Below are positions 7,910 through 17,319 of a DNA stretch of 64,000 nucleotides, piece by piece. This DNA comes from an uncultured Collinsella sp. (GTDB lineage: Bacteria > Actinomycetota > Coriobacteriia > Coriobacteriales > Coriobacteriaceae): NCBI GenBank assembly GCA_900757615.1, contig CAAEON010000054.1, positions 13,219 through 77,218 on the forward strand, in the 5' to 3' direction. The notes under the pieces were generated by a model. That model searched no databases. It worked only from the letters and a program-made list of their open reading frames with translations, and was not told the origin of the DNA. Every line of letters starts with the position of its first letter. Positions within the stretch are counted from its first letter, which is position 1. The position numbers and the translations under genes were made by a program.

Positions 7910-8728
7910 ATGCCTCAGACTTACACTTTCGCCTCGTGGAACGTCAACGGCCTGCGCGCCGTGCTCAAAAAGGACCCGAGCTTTATCCAGATCGCACAAG
8001 AACTCGACGTCGATATCCTGGCGCTGCAAGAGACCAAGCTGCAAGAAGGCCAGGTCGATATTGACCTGCCCGGCTATCACCAAACCTGGAGCTACGCCGA
8101 GCGTAAAGGCTATTCGGGCACCGCGGTCTTTAGCCGCCAGGAACCACTGCGCGTGCTGCACGCCGACGCGCTGCTACCCTACGCCGGCGAGGGTGAGGCG
8201 GCCGCACTCGTCGCCCAAGCCGTAACCGAGGGCCGCGTCTGCGCGCTCGAGTTCGGCAAGTTTTGGTTTGTCGACGTCTATACGCCCAACGCCCAAAATG
8301 AACTCGCCCGCATCGACGTGCGCATGGCCTGGGACGATGCTTACCGCGGCTTTTTGAACGCGCTCGAGCGCGAGACCGGCAAACCCGTCGTGACCTGCGG
8401 CGACTTTAACGTGGCGCACGAGGAGATCGACCTTAAGAACCCCAAGTCCAACCGCGGCAACGCGGGCTTTTCGGACGAGGAGCGCGGCAAGTTCACCGAG
8501 CTACTCAACGCCGGCTTTACCGATACCTGGCGCACGGCAAACCCCGACGTCGAGGGCGTCTACAGCTGGTGGAGCTATCGCTTTAATGCCCGCAAGAACA
8601 ACGCAGGCTGGCGCATCGACTACTTCCTGGTAAGCGACGCAATCGCCGACAACGTACGCGACACCGGTATCCGCGGCGACATCTTCGGCAGCGACCACTG
8701 CCCCGTCACCCTCGCGCTAGAGCTCTAG
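7910..8728 (+). CDS. xthA: exodeoxyribonuclease III
   Basis: Motifs SWNVNGLRA, LQETK, GDFNVAH, WRIDY and SDHCPV. Confidence 0.9.
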   Translation: MPQTYTFASWNVNGLRAVLKKDPSFIQIAQELDVDILALQETKLQEGQVDIDLPGYHQTWSYAERKGYSGTAVFSRQEPLRVLHADALLPYAGEGEAAALVAQAVTEGRVCALEFGKFWFVDVYTPNAQNELARIDVRMAWDDAYRGFLNALERETGKPVVTCGDFNVAHEEIDLKNPKSNRGNAGFSDEERGKFTELLNAGFTDTWRTANPDVEGVYSWWSYRFNARKNNAGWRIDYFLVSDAIADNVRDTGIRGDIFGSDHCPVTLALEL

Positions 8729-8734
8729 CCCCAG

Positions 8735-8960
8735 CTGATCCCCTGGGGACGGAGGAAAACGGATCATTTTGAGCCTCGTGGGGGTATCCGCGTGACCCAT
8801 CCGCCACGAAACACGCCCATCTACTACGTTTAAGCCACCACCCTCAACCACAGCGAACAAAGCAAAAAGAAAACCGCAGGTAGAAAGCCCGCGGTTTTTC
8901 ATAAAACGCGGTCATGGTCGGGAGTATCAAGCTAAACGTAGTAGATGGGCCAGTTTCGTG
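8735..8960. repeat. composite repeat unit A (head motif plus long-range inverted repeat around a terminator hairpin)
   Basis: Head is ctgatcccctggggacggaggaaaacggatcattttg. The IR is cacgaaacacgcccatctactacgtttaagc (8805-8835) against gctaaacgtagtagatgggccagtttcgtg (8931-8960). Confidence 0.8.
8870..8898. terminator. A/T-flanked hairpin between convergent xthA and the ECF S-component gene
   Basis: Stem aaaaccgc (8870-8877) / gcggtttt (8891-8898), with A-runs and T-runs on both sides. Confidence 0.5.
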
Positions 8961-8974
8961 GCAAGCGCCGTCAA

Positions 8975-9224
8975 CTGATTCCCTGGGGACATCTGGGGAC
9001 GGAAGAAAATGGATCAATTTTGCTCTCTGAGGGCCACGATGCCCGTCATATCAGCCGGCCATTCCAAAACTATGCCGGTTTACGGTGCTGAATCGCGAAC
9101 CCCCAACCATACGCAATTCCGAGATAATAAAACCGCAGGTGAACGGCTTGCTCTATTTCGAAAAAAGCCGGCATGGTCTGCCTGCGCCAATCTAGCCCCG
9201 TAAACCGGCATAGTTTTGAAATGG
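8975..9224. repeat. composite repeat unit B (diverged tandem copy of unit A)
   Basis: Head is ctgattccctggggacatctggggacggaagaaaatggatcaattttg. The IR is ccattccaaaactatgccggtttacgg (9059-9085) against ccgtaaaccggcatagttttgaaatgg (9198-9224), with 1 mismatch. An internal aaaaccgcaggt matches unit A. Confidence 0.8.
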
Positions 9225-9264
9225 CACTTCGGCAGTATTGATTCCCGCCCCGACGCAACCAGCC

Positions 9265-9963
9265 CTACAGCCCGTATTTCACGACGACACGGTTAATGCG
9301 ACGGCACCAAGGCTTGTACAAGGCGGCCAAAAACACGCAGGTCGCAAGGCCGTGCGTAATATCGAACGGCACTGCCGTGGCAAGACGCGCCACGGCACCC
9401 GCCCAAGTAAGCGGCTGTACAAAACCAATGATGTCATACGCGTTGATCACGACGCCATAGAGCAGGCCCGACGCAAAGCCGTACGCCAGCAGCGCTGACA
9501 TGCGCACGGTGCCGTCGACGCGGTCGAACGCACCCGCATACGCCAGCGCGCCGCCGACATAGCCAACCAGACCCCAAGCGTACATCTGCCACGGCGTCCA
9601 CATGCCCTGCCCAAAAAAGAAATTGCTGGTCAGCGCCGCCAGCGCGCCAACCATAAAACCATTGCGGCGACCAAGCGTCGCCCCCGCGATAATGGCGATG
9701 GCGCTCACCGGTTTAAAGTCGGGAATGGGACCGAACAAGATGCGCCCCGCCGCGGCCAACGCCGCCAACACCAGCGTGGGCATAATCTGGCGCAGGCCCG
9801 GGCGCGACGCCTCGTAACCCGCAAAGAACAGCGCAAGCACCAGTGCCACCACGACAAGCATGGCAAGCGCCGCCTGCTCAATACCTGCCAGCAACGCCGC
9901 AGCCATCACCGCAGGAACCGCCAGCAGCAGCGGGATTTCCATATGTTGCAAGACGCGCGACAA
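9265..9963 (-). CDS. ECF transporter S (substrate-capture) component, substrate unknown
   Basis: Polytopic membrane protein. FGPIPDFKPVSAIAIIAGATLG..GFMVGALAAL..FFFGQGMWTPWQMYAWGLVGY resembles ECF S-component families. The start is uncertain: TTG at 9963 or ATG at 9942. Confidence 0.5.
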   Translation of the reverse strand: MSRVLQHMEIPLLLAVPAVMAAALLAGIEQAALAMLVVVALVLALFFAGYEASRPGLRQIMPTLVLAALAAAGRILFGPIPDFKPVSAIAIIAGATLGRRNGFMVGALAALTSNFFFGQGMWTPWQMYAWGLVGYVGGALAYAGAFDRVDGTVRMSALLAYGFASGLLYGVVINAYDIIGFVQPLTWAGAVARLATAVPFDITHGLATCVFLAALYKPWCRRINRVVVKYGL

Positions 9964-10084
9964 CGGCAGCCCCCATCAAACGAATGTCCGTTTATGGTAG
10001 CACGGGCAAAATGAGGCCGACCAATCCCCCGGCCGGCCTTGGCTGCCAGTCGATCAGGCTTTCGCCACGCGACCGGTCTTGGCG

Positions 10085-10555
10085 CTATTCGCCCGTAACT
10101 TTAGCGGCAATGGCCGCGACAAAAGGATCAAACAGCAAGCCGCCCACAACGACAAAGGCCCATCCGCCCACCACGAGGCGAACCCAACGCGAGAAAAACG
10201 GCACACCGTCGATAACGCCAACGCCTGACTGAAACGCGACTTCAAATAGCCCGATAATGCAGAAGAGCAGAGTAGCGCCCACAACGGTTCCGCAAATCCG
10301 TGCGCCCGGAGTGTTCCGATCAAAACCAAAAAACTCAACGCACGTCTCAATTGCTTTGCCAAAGAGCGGCAAAAAACCCACGAACTGTGCAATACCGATG
10401 GCCAGAATAAGCTGCCCCCAGAAACCAGTAAGTCCCTGAAAATCTAAGCCAGGCTTTCCCTCAACAATCGGCAGAAATGAACACATGAACAGAGGATTAA
10501 CGATGCCGTTGAGAATGGTCACAGCGGTACTCTTTTTTAGTGTCAAGTAGACCAA
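10085..10555 (-). CDS. hypothetical polytopic membrane protein
   Basis: About 4 hydrophobic segments. AAGGAG lies upstream. The start is uncertain (TTG at 10555 or 10546). I recognise no family. Confidence 0.4.
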   Translation of the reverse strand: MVYLTLKKSTAVTILNGIVNPLFMCSFLPIVEGKPGLDFQGLTGFWGQLILAIGIAQFVGFLPLFGKAIETCVEFFGFDRNTPGARICGTVVGATLLFCIIGLFEVAFQSGVGVIDGVPFFSRWVRLVVGGWAFVVVGGLLFDPFVAAIAAKVTGE

Positions 10556-10600
10556 CTCCTTTTGCCCTTGTCGGCCAGGCCCAAAAGGCGAAAACAGGTG

Positions 10601-11800
10601 TTACATAAGTGAATCGGAAGACGGCAGGAATGGAGACGCCAGCGCCGTCGCGCCAAACAAAACCGCGCACCCAAATAGAAGCGTTTCATAGCTCTCGCCA
10701 ATGCAGAAGGAGAGGGCCACGGGAATCAAAAACGTAAGCCCCAGCGAAACGGTGCTCACCACGCCACCGGCACTTCCTGCAAGCCCCTCGCGCACCTCGG
10801 GCAACATGTAGGGTAGCGACTGAACGACCGGACCGGCGACGGCAGTCGAAGCGCCAATCGCAAACATGAGCCCGACAGAAGGCTGAGAGACAAAAGCCTC
10901 TCCGGCCCACATAAGGGCACTCCCCGCCATTGCGGCGATGGCCATAAACACGCGATAGTCGCCAAATTGCGCTCGCGCGTAGGGACCGGCCACGCTGCCG
11001 ACAATCGACCCAAGCGTCACGAAAGAGGCAAGAAGCCCGGCGACCTGGGGTTCGGTTGAAACCTCAAGTGCCGAGACAAGATAACCCGAGTACGCCGTAG
11101 CCGATGCAAGGGCGACTCCAAGCAGTATCGCCACGAGCCAAACCATCGGCATCTTGATTACCGTCGCAAACGCACTTGCCGACGACGAAGCAGGCTCCGC
11201 ACCCTGAACGCCAAGGCCATCTGCAGCCTGCAGAACATCTGCCGATGGCGCAACCAGCAGCCACAGCAATCCAAACACGGCAAATAAAACGGCAGCAAGG
11301 GCATATGCTCGTCCGGGCGTTGCAAAGAGAGGAGAGGTTGCAAGCGAGCAGGCGATTCCGCCCGACCCCGCAGCGTAGAACCATCCCATGGCCCTATCGG
11401 TTTCTCCGCCAAAAGTGGAACCAAGCACTTTTAGAACGATGGCATTCACGACGCATGGCGCCGCGCCCAGAAGCATGGTCGCCGTGAACAGCGTCGCAAA
11501 CGATGCGCACTCCGCGCGAGCAGCCGCTGCAATTGCAGAAATCGCCGATGCGATGAATACGAGCACCTTCACGCCATATCGATCGGCGCAAACGCCGACA
11601 GGCATGCCGAATACAACGGCAGGAACAAACGGGGCAAACAGGACGGCTGAAAACTCGGCCGAGGTCAGATGCAGGTCCGACACAACCAGATGTGCCAATC
11701 CCGACACCTGATACTGCGCGTAGTTCGCAGCAAACACGATGCCGCACACCACAAACAGCAGGGCATATTTTTCGACCGTCCCTTTGCTCACGTTCATCAC
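10601..11800 (-). CDS. MFS transporter
   Basis: About 12 TM segments. The loop GVCADRYGVK matches the MFS TM2-3 motif. It is a paralog of the gene at 13455-14666 (shared NYxQYQVS..L, LKVLGSTF/LKVLGTWF). Confidence 0.75.
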   Translation of the reverse strand: MMNVSKGTVEKYALLFVVCGIVFAANYAQYQVSGLAHLVVSDLHLTSAEFSAVLFAPFVPAVVFGMPVGVCADRYGVKVLVFIASAISAIAAAARAECASFATLFTATMLLGAAPCVVNAIVLKVLGSTFGGETDRAMGWFYAAGSGGIACSLATSPLFATPGRAYALAAVLFAVFGLLWLLVAPSADVLQAADGLGVQGAEPASSSASAFATVIKMPMVWLVAILLGVALASATAYSGYLVSALEVSTEPQVAGLLASFVTLGSIVGSVAGPYARAQFGDYRVFMAIAAMAGSALMWAGEAFVSQPSVGLMFAIGASTAVAGPVVQSLPYMLPEVREGLAGSAGGVVSTVSLGLTFLIPVALSFCIGESYETLLFGCAVLFGATALASPFLPSSDSLM

Positions 11801-11805
11801 CCTAT

Positions 11806-13452
11806 CTATGCTTCATCCTTGCGATAGACGACGCGTCCGTTAAAGATCGTCGTCTCGACTTCGAGATCGCGAAGCGCCATCGGGTTCATTTCAAACGGAT
11901 TGCCCGACAGGATGACGATATCGGCAAGCTTGCCGGCGGCAAGGCTGCCCAAACGGCGCTCAAAGCCCTCGACATATGCTGAGCCGAGCGTGTGCGCTTG
12001 CAGCGTCTCGCCGAGCGTCAGGGCATTCTCGCGGAAGTATCCCTCCGCCGGGTGCCCGTCAAACTCGCTACGCGTCACCGCAGCATACACGGTATCGATA
12101 GGATCGATTGACATCACCGCAGGCCAGTCAGTACCAAGCCCTAAGTGGATTCCGCCATCGGCCTCTTCCCTATAGCGCCACATGTGGCTCATGCGCTCTT
12201 CGCCAAGAGACTCCTCGTACACGCCCTGCCCAAGGCCTCCGATGGGATGCTGCGGCTGAATCGCAGCATTAATGCCCAGGCGCTTCATGCGAGCAATATC
12301 CTCGAGCTTCAGGTTATCTGTATGCTCGATAGCAAAACGCGCCCCCTTGTTGCCGCACACCTCCTCGACACGCTCGACGGCATCGATAATCATCGTGGCA
12401 GACGCATCGCCGATGGCATGGATACGAACATCGAAGCCATTCTGGCTGGCCTCGAGCATCATGCGGTCAAGCGTCTCCTGGTTGCATGCCGGTTCGCCGC
12501 GAAAGTCCTTCCCCGTCGGAGCGTTAAGATACGGCTCGTGCATATAGGCCGTGTACGCCTCGGGACAGCCGTCCAAAATGTACTTGAGGCCTGCCATGCG
12601 CACGCGCTCGCCGTGATGACGCACACGCAGGGCCTGCGACTCTGACATCGGAGCGTCGAGCGCAGAATAGTAGCTAATACGCAGCGTACTCAGGTCCTCG
12701 CTCGCCAGACGGTCATAGATGTCGTACACGCCGGGCGTGGTCACGCCCAAAGGATACATATCACCGATCGAAGTTATGCCGAGCTTGTTGAACTTGCGCA
12801 TCGACTTGAGCAACGACGCATCAAGGTCCGGTTTGTTGAGCACAACATCGAGCAAGATGTTCGTCGCCTGGGGCTCGGACAGAAAGCCATTGGGCTCGCC
12901 GTTGTCAAAGTGGCGGATAAGGCCACCTTCAGGCGTCGGGGTATTGCGGTCGATACCGACCGCCCTGAGCGCGGCGGTATTGCACCACACCACGTGCATC
13001 GAAAAGTCTGAGAGCACGATCGGGCGGTCGATATCGAGCGCATCGAGGCTGCGGCAATCAGGGTCAGTCGGGTTTTCCCACGCGGGCGAATACCAACCCT
13101 GACCGTAAATCCACGGATTGTCAGGATGCTCGGCGGCAAACTTGGCAACAGCATCCACACAAGCCCGCTCGCTCGGCAGAAACATCAGATCGCAACAGAA
13201 GTCTTCATCCTTCTGGATTGAACCAAGCGCAAAATGCATGTGTGAATCGTTGAATCCGGGCATGACCAGTTTGTTGCCGGCGTCAATAACCTCAGTATCG
13301 GGACCGATAAACGGCTGCACCTTATCGGGAGAGCCCACGGCCACAATCTCGCTGCCGCGAACTGCAACGCACCCAGCGCGAGGCTCAAGTTCCTCGGCAG
13401 TAAACAACGCCGTCGTCTTGAGGACGATATCAGCGGGAACTACCGCCTCCAT
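11806..13452 (-). CDS. metal-dependent amidohydrolase (Amidohydro_3 / YtcJ-like)
   Basis: MPGFNDSHMHF metal-binding HxH motif, later RIHAIGD, FAIEHTD and LGTDWP. The length of 548 aa is typical of this family. Confidence 0.75.
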   Translation of the reverse strand: MEAVVPADIVLKTTALFTAEELEPRAGCVAVRGSEIVAVGSPDKVQPFIGPDTEVIDAGNKLVMPGFNDSHMHFALGSIQKDEDFCCDLMFLPSERACVDAVAKFAAEHPDNPWIYGQGWYSPAWENPTDPDCRSLDALDIDRPIVLSDFSMHVVWCNTAALRAVGIDRNTPTPEGGLIRHFDNGEPNGFLSEPQATNILLDVVLNKPDLDASLLKSMRKFNKLGITSIGDMYPLGVTTPGVYDIYDRLASEDLSTLRISYYSALDAPMSESQALRVRHHGERVRMAGLKYILDGCPEAYTAYMHEPYLNAPTGKDFRGEPACNQETLDRMMLEASQNGFDVRIHAIGDASATMIIDAVERVEEVCGNKGARFAIEHTDNLKLEDIARMKRLGINAAIQPQHPIGGLGQGVYEESLGEERMSHMWRYREEADGGIHLGLGTDWPAVMSIDPIDTVYAAVTRSEFDGHPAEGYFRENALTLGETLQAHTLGSAYVEGFERRLGSLAAGKLADIVILSGNPFEMNPMALRDLEVETTIFNGRVVYRKDEA

Positions 13453-13454
13453 GG

Positions 13455-14666
13455 CTACTCACTATCCTTAGCGGCGGCAGCCTGCATGGCCTTGCGACCG
13501 AGCTCGGGCAGGAAGAAAACCGGAACCACGGAAAGCAGGAAGCAGAGGCTCTCGAGACCCATGTTCACAGTGTAGTCGGCACCAGCAACGGCAGAGATAC
13601 CGATGGGCAGGAAATAACTCATGAGCAGGGAGATGGTGCCCACGATACCGCCAGCGGAACCAGCATACTTATCACCAATCTCGGGAAGGAGAACAGGCAT
13701 GGACTGCATGATCGGGCCGTTGATGGCGGTAAAGAAGCCATTGATGACCAAAATCGTCCACAGAAGGAAGCCGACCGGGGTGTACCACGTCACGAACATC
13801 GATATGGCACCGACGAGAGTAGTGACGATGAGAAAACCCTTGAACTTTCCAAGCTTATCGCAGAACGCAGGCCCAACGATGCAGCCGAAAAAGCTGCCAA
13901 CGGTAACAATTGCGGCCATGAAACCAGCAGTGGCGACGTCTATGCCCTTGCCAAGCTGAAGCGCCTGAGGCAGGAAACCGGCATAGGCAGTGGTAGAGGC
14001 AAGTCCAAAACCGACGCCGATGGAGATTAGCCACACGCCAGGACTCTTGATAGCAACCTTGAGGTAGTCGAGCACGGGCTCGGGCTCGGGGAGCGATTGC
14101 CCCTCGGGCACATCTCGGTCAAGCACGATCCAAAGAACCCAGGAGATGGTCATGACGACAGCAGCGACCATATAAGAGTTAAAGACGCTGCCGAACAAGC
14201 CAGCACAGATCTGAGCGACAACGATGGCAACGCACGAAGCCGCGTAGAACAAGCCCATGGCGAAACCAGTCTGTTCACGAAACCAGGTGCCGAGCACCTT
14301 GATGAGGTTGGCGTTGAGTGCCGAGATTCCCATGCCAATCAGGAACATCGATGCCATCTGCATCGTGAACGAATCGAGCGTAAAGCAACGGAGAAAACCG
14401 CCGGCAACCGAAATTGCGGTGCAAACCGTGACAACTTTCTTAGAGCCGATACGGTCACCAAGGGCACCCAGCGGAATTGAGAAGAAAACGGCGGTAAGCA
14501 TAGGAACGAGGAACAGCATCGAAAAGCCGACGGTATCGATATTGAGCATAGGCATGACCTCGACGGCGAGTGCTGAGACCTGGTACTGCATGTAGTTAGC
14601 CATAAAGCACAGCAAGCAAACGACTGAAACAATCGCCCAACGCCATGAAGGAAGCTTCTCTTCCAT
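13455..14666 (-). CDS. MFS transporter
   Basis: About 12 TM segments with a GALGDRIGSKK loop motif. Only 2 nt separate it from the amidohydrolase gene. Confidence 0.75.
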   Translation of the reverse strand: MEEKLPSWRWAIVSVVCLLCFMANYMQYQVSALAVEVMPMLNIDTVGFSMLFLVPMLTAVFFSIPLGALGDRIGSKKVVTVCTAISVAGGFLRCFTLDSFTMQMASMFLIGMGISALNANLIKVLGTWFREQTGFAMGLFYAASCVAIVVAQICAGLFGSVFNSYMVAAVVMTISWVLWIVLDRDVPEGQSLPEPEPVLDYLKVAIKSPGVWLISIGVGFGLASTTAYAGFLPQALQLGKGIDVATAGFMAAIVTVGSFFGCIVGPAFCDKLGKFKGFLIVTTLVGAISMFVTWYTPVGFLLWTILVINGFFTAINGPIMQSMPVLLPEIGDKYAGSAGGIVGTISLLMSYFLPIGISAVAGADYTVNMGLESLCFLLSVVPVFFLPELGRKAMQAAAAKDSE

Positions 14667-14867
14667 GATGACTCCTTTAATAAGTCGGAATAATCAAACA
14701 GCTTGGAGAACCGGGCCCTGGCTCTTAGGTATTCATATTTTGCGATTGGCCCCTCACCGAAACCATTCGGCTAACGGCTTATCATCATTCGAAAAAAGGA
14801 GTAGTATCTCTACGCAAATTAACTAAAATGCCAGCTAAACCACTACGCAATCTCATCGGAGGTCATC

Positions 14868-15650
14868 TTGAGCTTTTTGTCCGATTCTGAATGGCTCTGC
14901 TTAAACGATCTCGTGCTTTCGATTAATTCCATCGACAGCGACCGCGAGTTTCGCTCGACCGTCCTCAAAAAGCTGCGTTTTCTCATCCCCTACGAGTCGG
15001 CTGCATTTTTCCTGAGCGACCTTTCCAGGGATCTCGTATCCACCCCGCAAGAATGGAAAACGCGCGTCTTTCTTGACCCTCTTGGCATCGATGTCCCCGC
15101 TGGGATGCTCGAGCTCTACACCGAAAAGTACTGGCAGCAGGACATGATCGTCGCCCACCGCAATCTTACGCGCTCGACGGTGCTGCGCGAGTCCGATCAG
15201 CTCAGCCCTGGCGATATCGACAGCAGTTATATGAAGGATTATCTTGGCGGCCGCCACGTCGTCAACGTCAGTTTCTTTAATGACGAGGGCTTTTTGGGAT
15301 CGCTCAATCTTAATCGCAAGAAAGAAGAGGGTGACTTTAGCGATCGTGAAGTTCAAATCCTTGAGCTCATCGAACCGCACCTCACGAACCGACTATCAAA
15401 ATGGCGTGTACGCGCCGACCGCAGTTCGTCTGAAATCGTATTTGCTCACGACTACGATGTCTCAGCGCGCGAAATCGATGTGTGTCGTTGCGTGTTATCG
15501 GGCATGGACAACGCGGCCATCGCCGAAGAGCTCTCCATCAGCACTGGCACCGTTAAAAAGCATCTGGAGAACATCTTTCGAAAAACGCGGGTCAATAGCC
15601 GTGTTGGGCTTATGGCGCTCCTTCAGCAGTACACGGCGCTCAAACAGTAA
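14868..15650 (+). CDS. LuxR-family transcriptional regulator (soluble N-terminal sensor-like domain plus C-terminal HTH)
   Basis: C-terminal SAREIDVCRCVLSGMDNAAIAEELSISTGTVKKHLENIFRKT is a LuxR/GerE HTH. TTG start has GGAGG 5 nt upstream. It is divergent from the MFS-amidohydrolase-MFS operon. Confidence 0.8.
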   Translation: MSFLSDSEWLCLNDLVLSINSIDSDREFRSTVLKKLRFLIPYESAAFFLSDLSRDLVSTPQEWKTRVFLDPLGIDVPAGMLELYTEKYWQQDMIVAHRNLTRSTVLRESDQLSPGDIDSSYMKDYLGGRHVVNVSFFNDEGFLGSLNLNRKKEEGDFSDREVQILELIEPHLTNRLSKWRVRADRSSSEIVFAHDYDVSAREIDVCRCVLSGMDNAAIAEELSISTGTVKKHLENIFRKTRVNSRVGLMALLQQYTALKQ

Positions 15651-15675
15651 GCCCGATCTCGCCCCACGAACCCCA

Positions 15676-17319
15676 TCACGCCCTATAGAACACGTTGTCG
15701 GCAAAGAAGTCGGCCGGGGGCTCCATGCAGGCAATCTCGCCGTCAAACATCATGGCGACGTCGTCGGCTACCTGCTCGGCAAAGTCCAAATCGTGCGTAG
15801 CCATGATGACGGTGCCGCCAGCCTTCGCATGGTCACGCAGGGCGCGGGCGATGATGCGGCGGCTGGCCAGGTCCAGACCCTTGGTGGGCTCATCGAGCAA
15901 TAGCAGTTCGGGGCCGATTAGCAGTAGCTTTGCCAACGCAAGCAGTTGGCGCTGTCCGCCCGAAAGGTCATAGGGGTGGCGTTCCCCTAAGCCCGCGAGC
16001 CCCAGACTCACCGCGCGCTCCCGCGCCATATCCTCGCCGTACCCGCAGGTCGAAGCCCATTCCATCAGCTCGTCGCGCACCGTCTCGGCAACCAACAACG
16101 CCTTGGGATTCTGAGGCAGCAGCGCCGCCGATGCCGCCCCACGCACCATGCGCCCACGCTGCAACTTGACCGTTTTGGCCAGGATCGAGAGCATCGTCGA
16201 CTTGCCGCAGCCGTTTCCGCCCACAATCGCATGCACCGCGCCAGCCAAAAACGCCGCATCGAGTCCGCGCAGCACCCAGCCAGACGCCCGATCGTAGCGA
16301 AACCAGCTTCCTGCCAAGGTGGTAGCCGACCCAGCGTACATTTTCGGGAATATTCTGCATCCATCGGCACGCGATGGCACCTCCGAGCCGTCCTGCGGCA
16401 GAAGTTGCTCCTCAAATTCAGCCGATTTGTCCGGTTTCAGTCCCTTTTTCACGCCCGGAGCGTCCGCGCGTGGGTCCAAAGAGCCCTGCTGGTCACCGAC
16501 AGTGCTGAAAATTCCGTTTTTTGCACGCCGCGAGCCACCCCACCCTGGCACCTCGCCAGAAAAGAGTTCTTCACGATGCCCCAAGGAGGCAATGTCGGCC
16601 ACCTCGCGCACGCGACCGCCCTCAATCCGGTACGCACACGTCGCATACTCGAGCATCGGTCTCGGTTGATGCGTCGCCACAACAACCGTGCAGCCCAGCT
16701 CACGGTTCACGCGAAACAGCGCGTGCAGAAAATTCTTCTCGGCAACGGGATCGAGCTGAGACGTGGGCTCGTCGAGCAGCAGCACGCGCGGGCGTAGCGT
16801 CAGAACGGCCGCCAACGACAGCAACTGTTTGCGACCACCCGAAAGCGTGTCAGTATCGCGGTGAAGCCAATCTTCCAGCCCAAAGAAATAGCTGGTCTCA
16901 GCTACGCGACGGCGCATCTCGTCGCGCGACACACCCAGATTCTCTAGGCCAAACGCCATCTCGTGCCACACGGTTTCGCACACGATCTGGTTCTCGGGAT
17001 CCTGGAACACATAACCCACGCGCTCCGCCGATGCCCGCACGTCCATGTCGGCGACGGGCTCGCCCAGCACGCGCAGCTCGCCGGAGCGCGTACCCGCCGG
17101 AGCGATCTCGGGCTTGAGCAGCGACAGCAGCGTCGATTTGCCCGACCCGGTACCGCCAACAAGCAGCGCAAACGCACCTTGGGAAACACGCCAATCAAGT
17201 CCCTCGAGCACCGGTGCCTCGGCCCCGGGATAGGCAAAACTAAGGCCTCGCACCTCAATCGCCGGCGCGGCCGAGCCATATGCCACACCCGCCGCCGAGC
17301 TCCTATCAAACCGAGCCAT
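15676..17319 (-). CDS. ECF transporter ATPase, fused tandem A/A' ABC domains
   Basis: Two Walker A motifs (GGTGSGKST, GGNGCGKST), two signature motifs (LSGGRKQ, LSGGQRQ) and two Walker B motifs (LLLDEP twice). Its start overlaps the T-component stop (TGATG). Confidence 0.8.
   Translation of the reverse strand: MARFDRSSAAGVAYGSAAPAIEVRGLSFAYPGAEAPVLEGLDWRVSQGAFALLVGGTGSGKSTLLSLLKPEIAPAGTRSGELRVLGEPVADMDVRASAERVGYVFQDPENQIVCETVWHEMAFGLENLGVSRDEMRRRVAETSYFFGLEDWLHRDTDTLSGGRKQLLSLAAVLTLRPRVLLLDEPTSQLDPVAEKNFLHALFRVNRELGCTVVVATHQPRPMLEYATCAYRIEGGRVREVADIASLGHREELFSGEVPGWGGSRRAKNGIFSTVGDQQGSLDPRADAPGVKKGLKPDKSAEFEEQLLPQDGSEVPSRADGCRIFPKMYAGSATTLAGSWFRYDRASGWVLRGLDAAFLAGAVHAIVGGNGCGKSTMLSILAKTVKLQRGRMVRGAASAALLPQNPKALLVAETVRDELMEWASTCGYGEDMARERAVSLGLAGLGERHPYDLSGGQRQLLALAKLLLIGPELLLLDEPTKGLDLASRRIIARALRDHAKAGGTVIMATHDLDFAEQVADDVAMMFDGEIACMEPPADFFADNVFYRA

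Noticed and set aside
9964-10084. Riboswitch upstream of the ECF S-component gene (cobalamin/THF), and upstream of purF at 37563-37700 (purine)
   Set aside because: I could not find the conserved cores I remember (B12 box / GCCACTG, or the purine three-way junction). Only generic GC-rich hairpins are present. An Rfam scan would be needed to exclude them formally.
14810-14850. Direct repeat ctacgcaa x2, 33 bp apart, in the LuxR/MFS divergent region as a lux-box-like site
   Set aside because: An 8-mer repeated once within about 200 bp is close to chance expectation, and it has no dyad symmetry.
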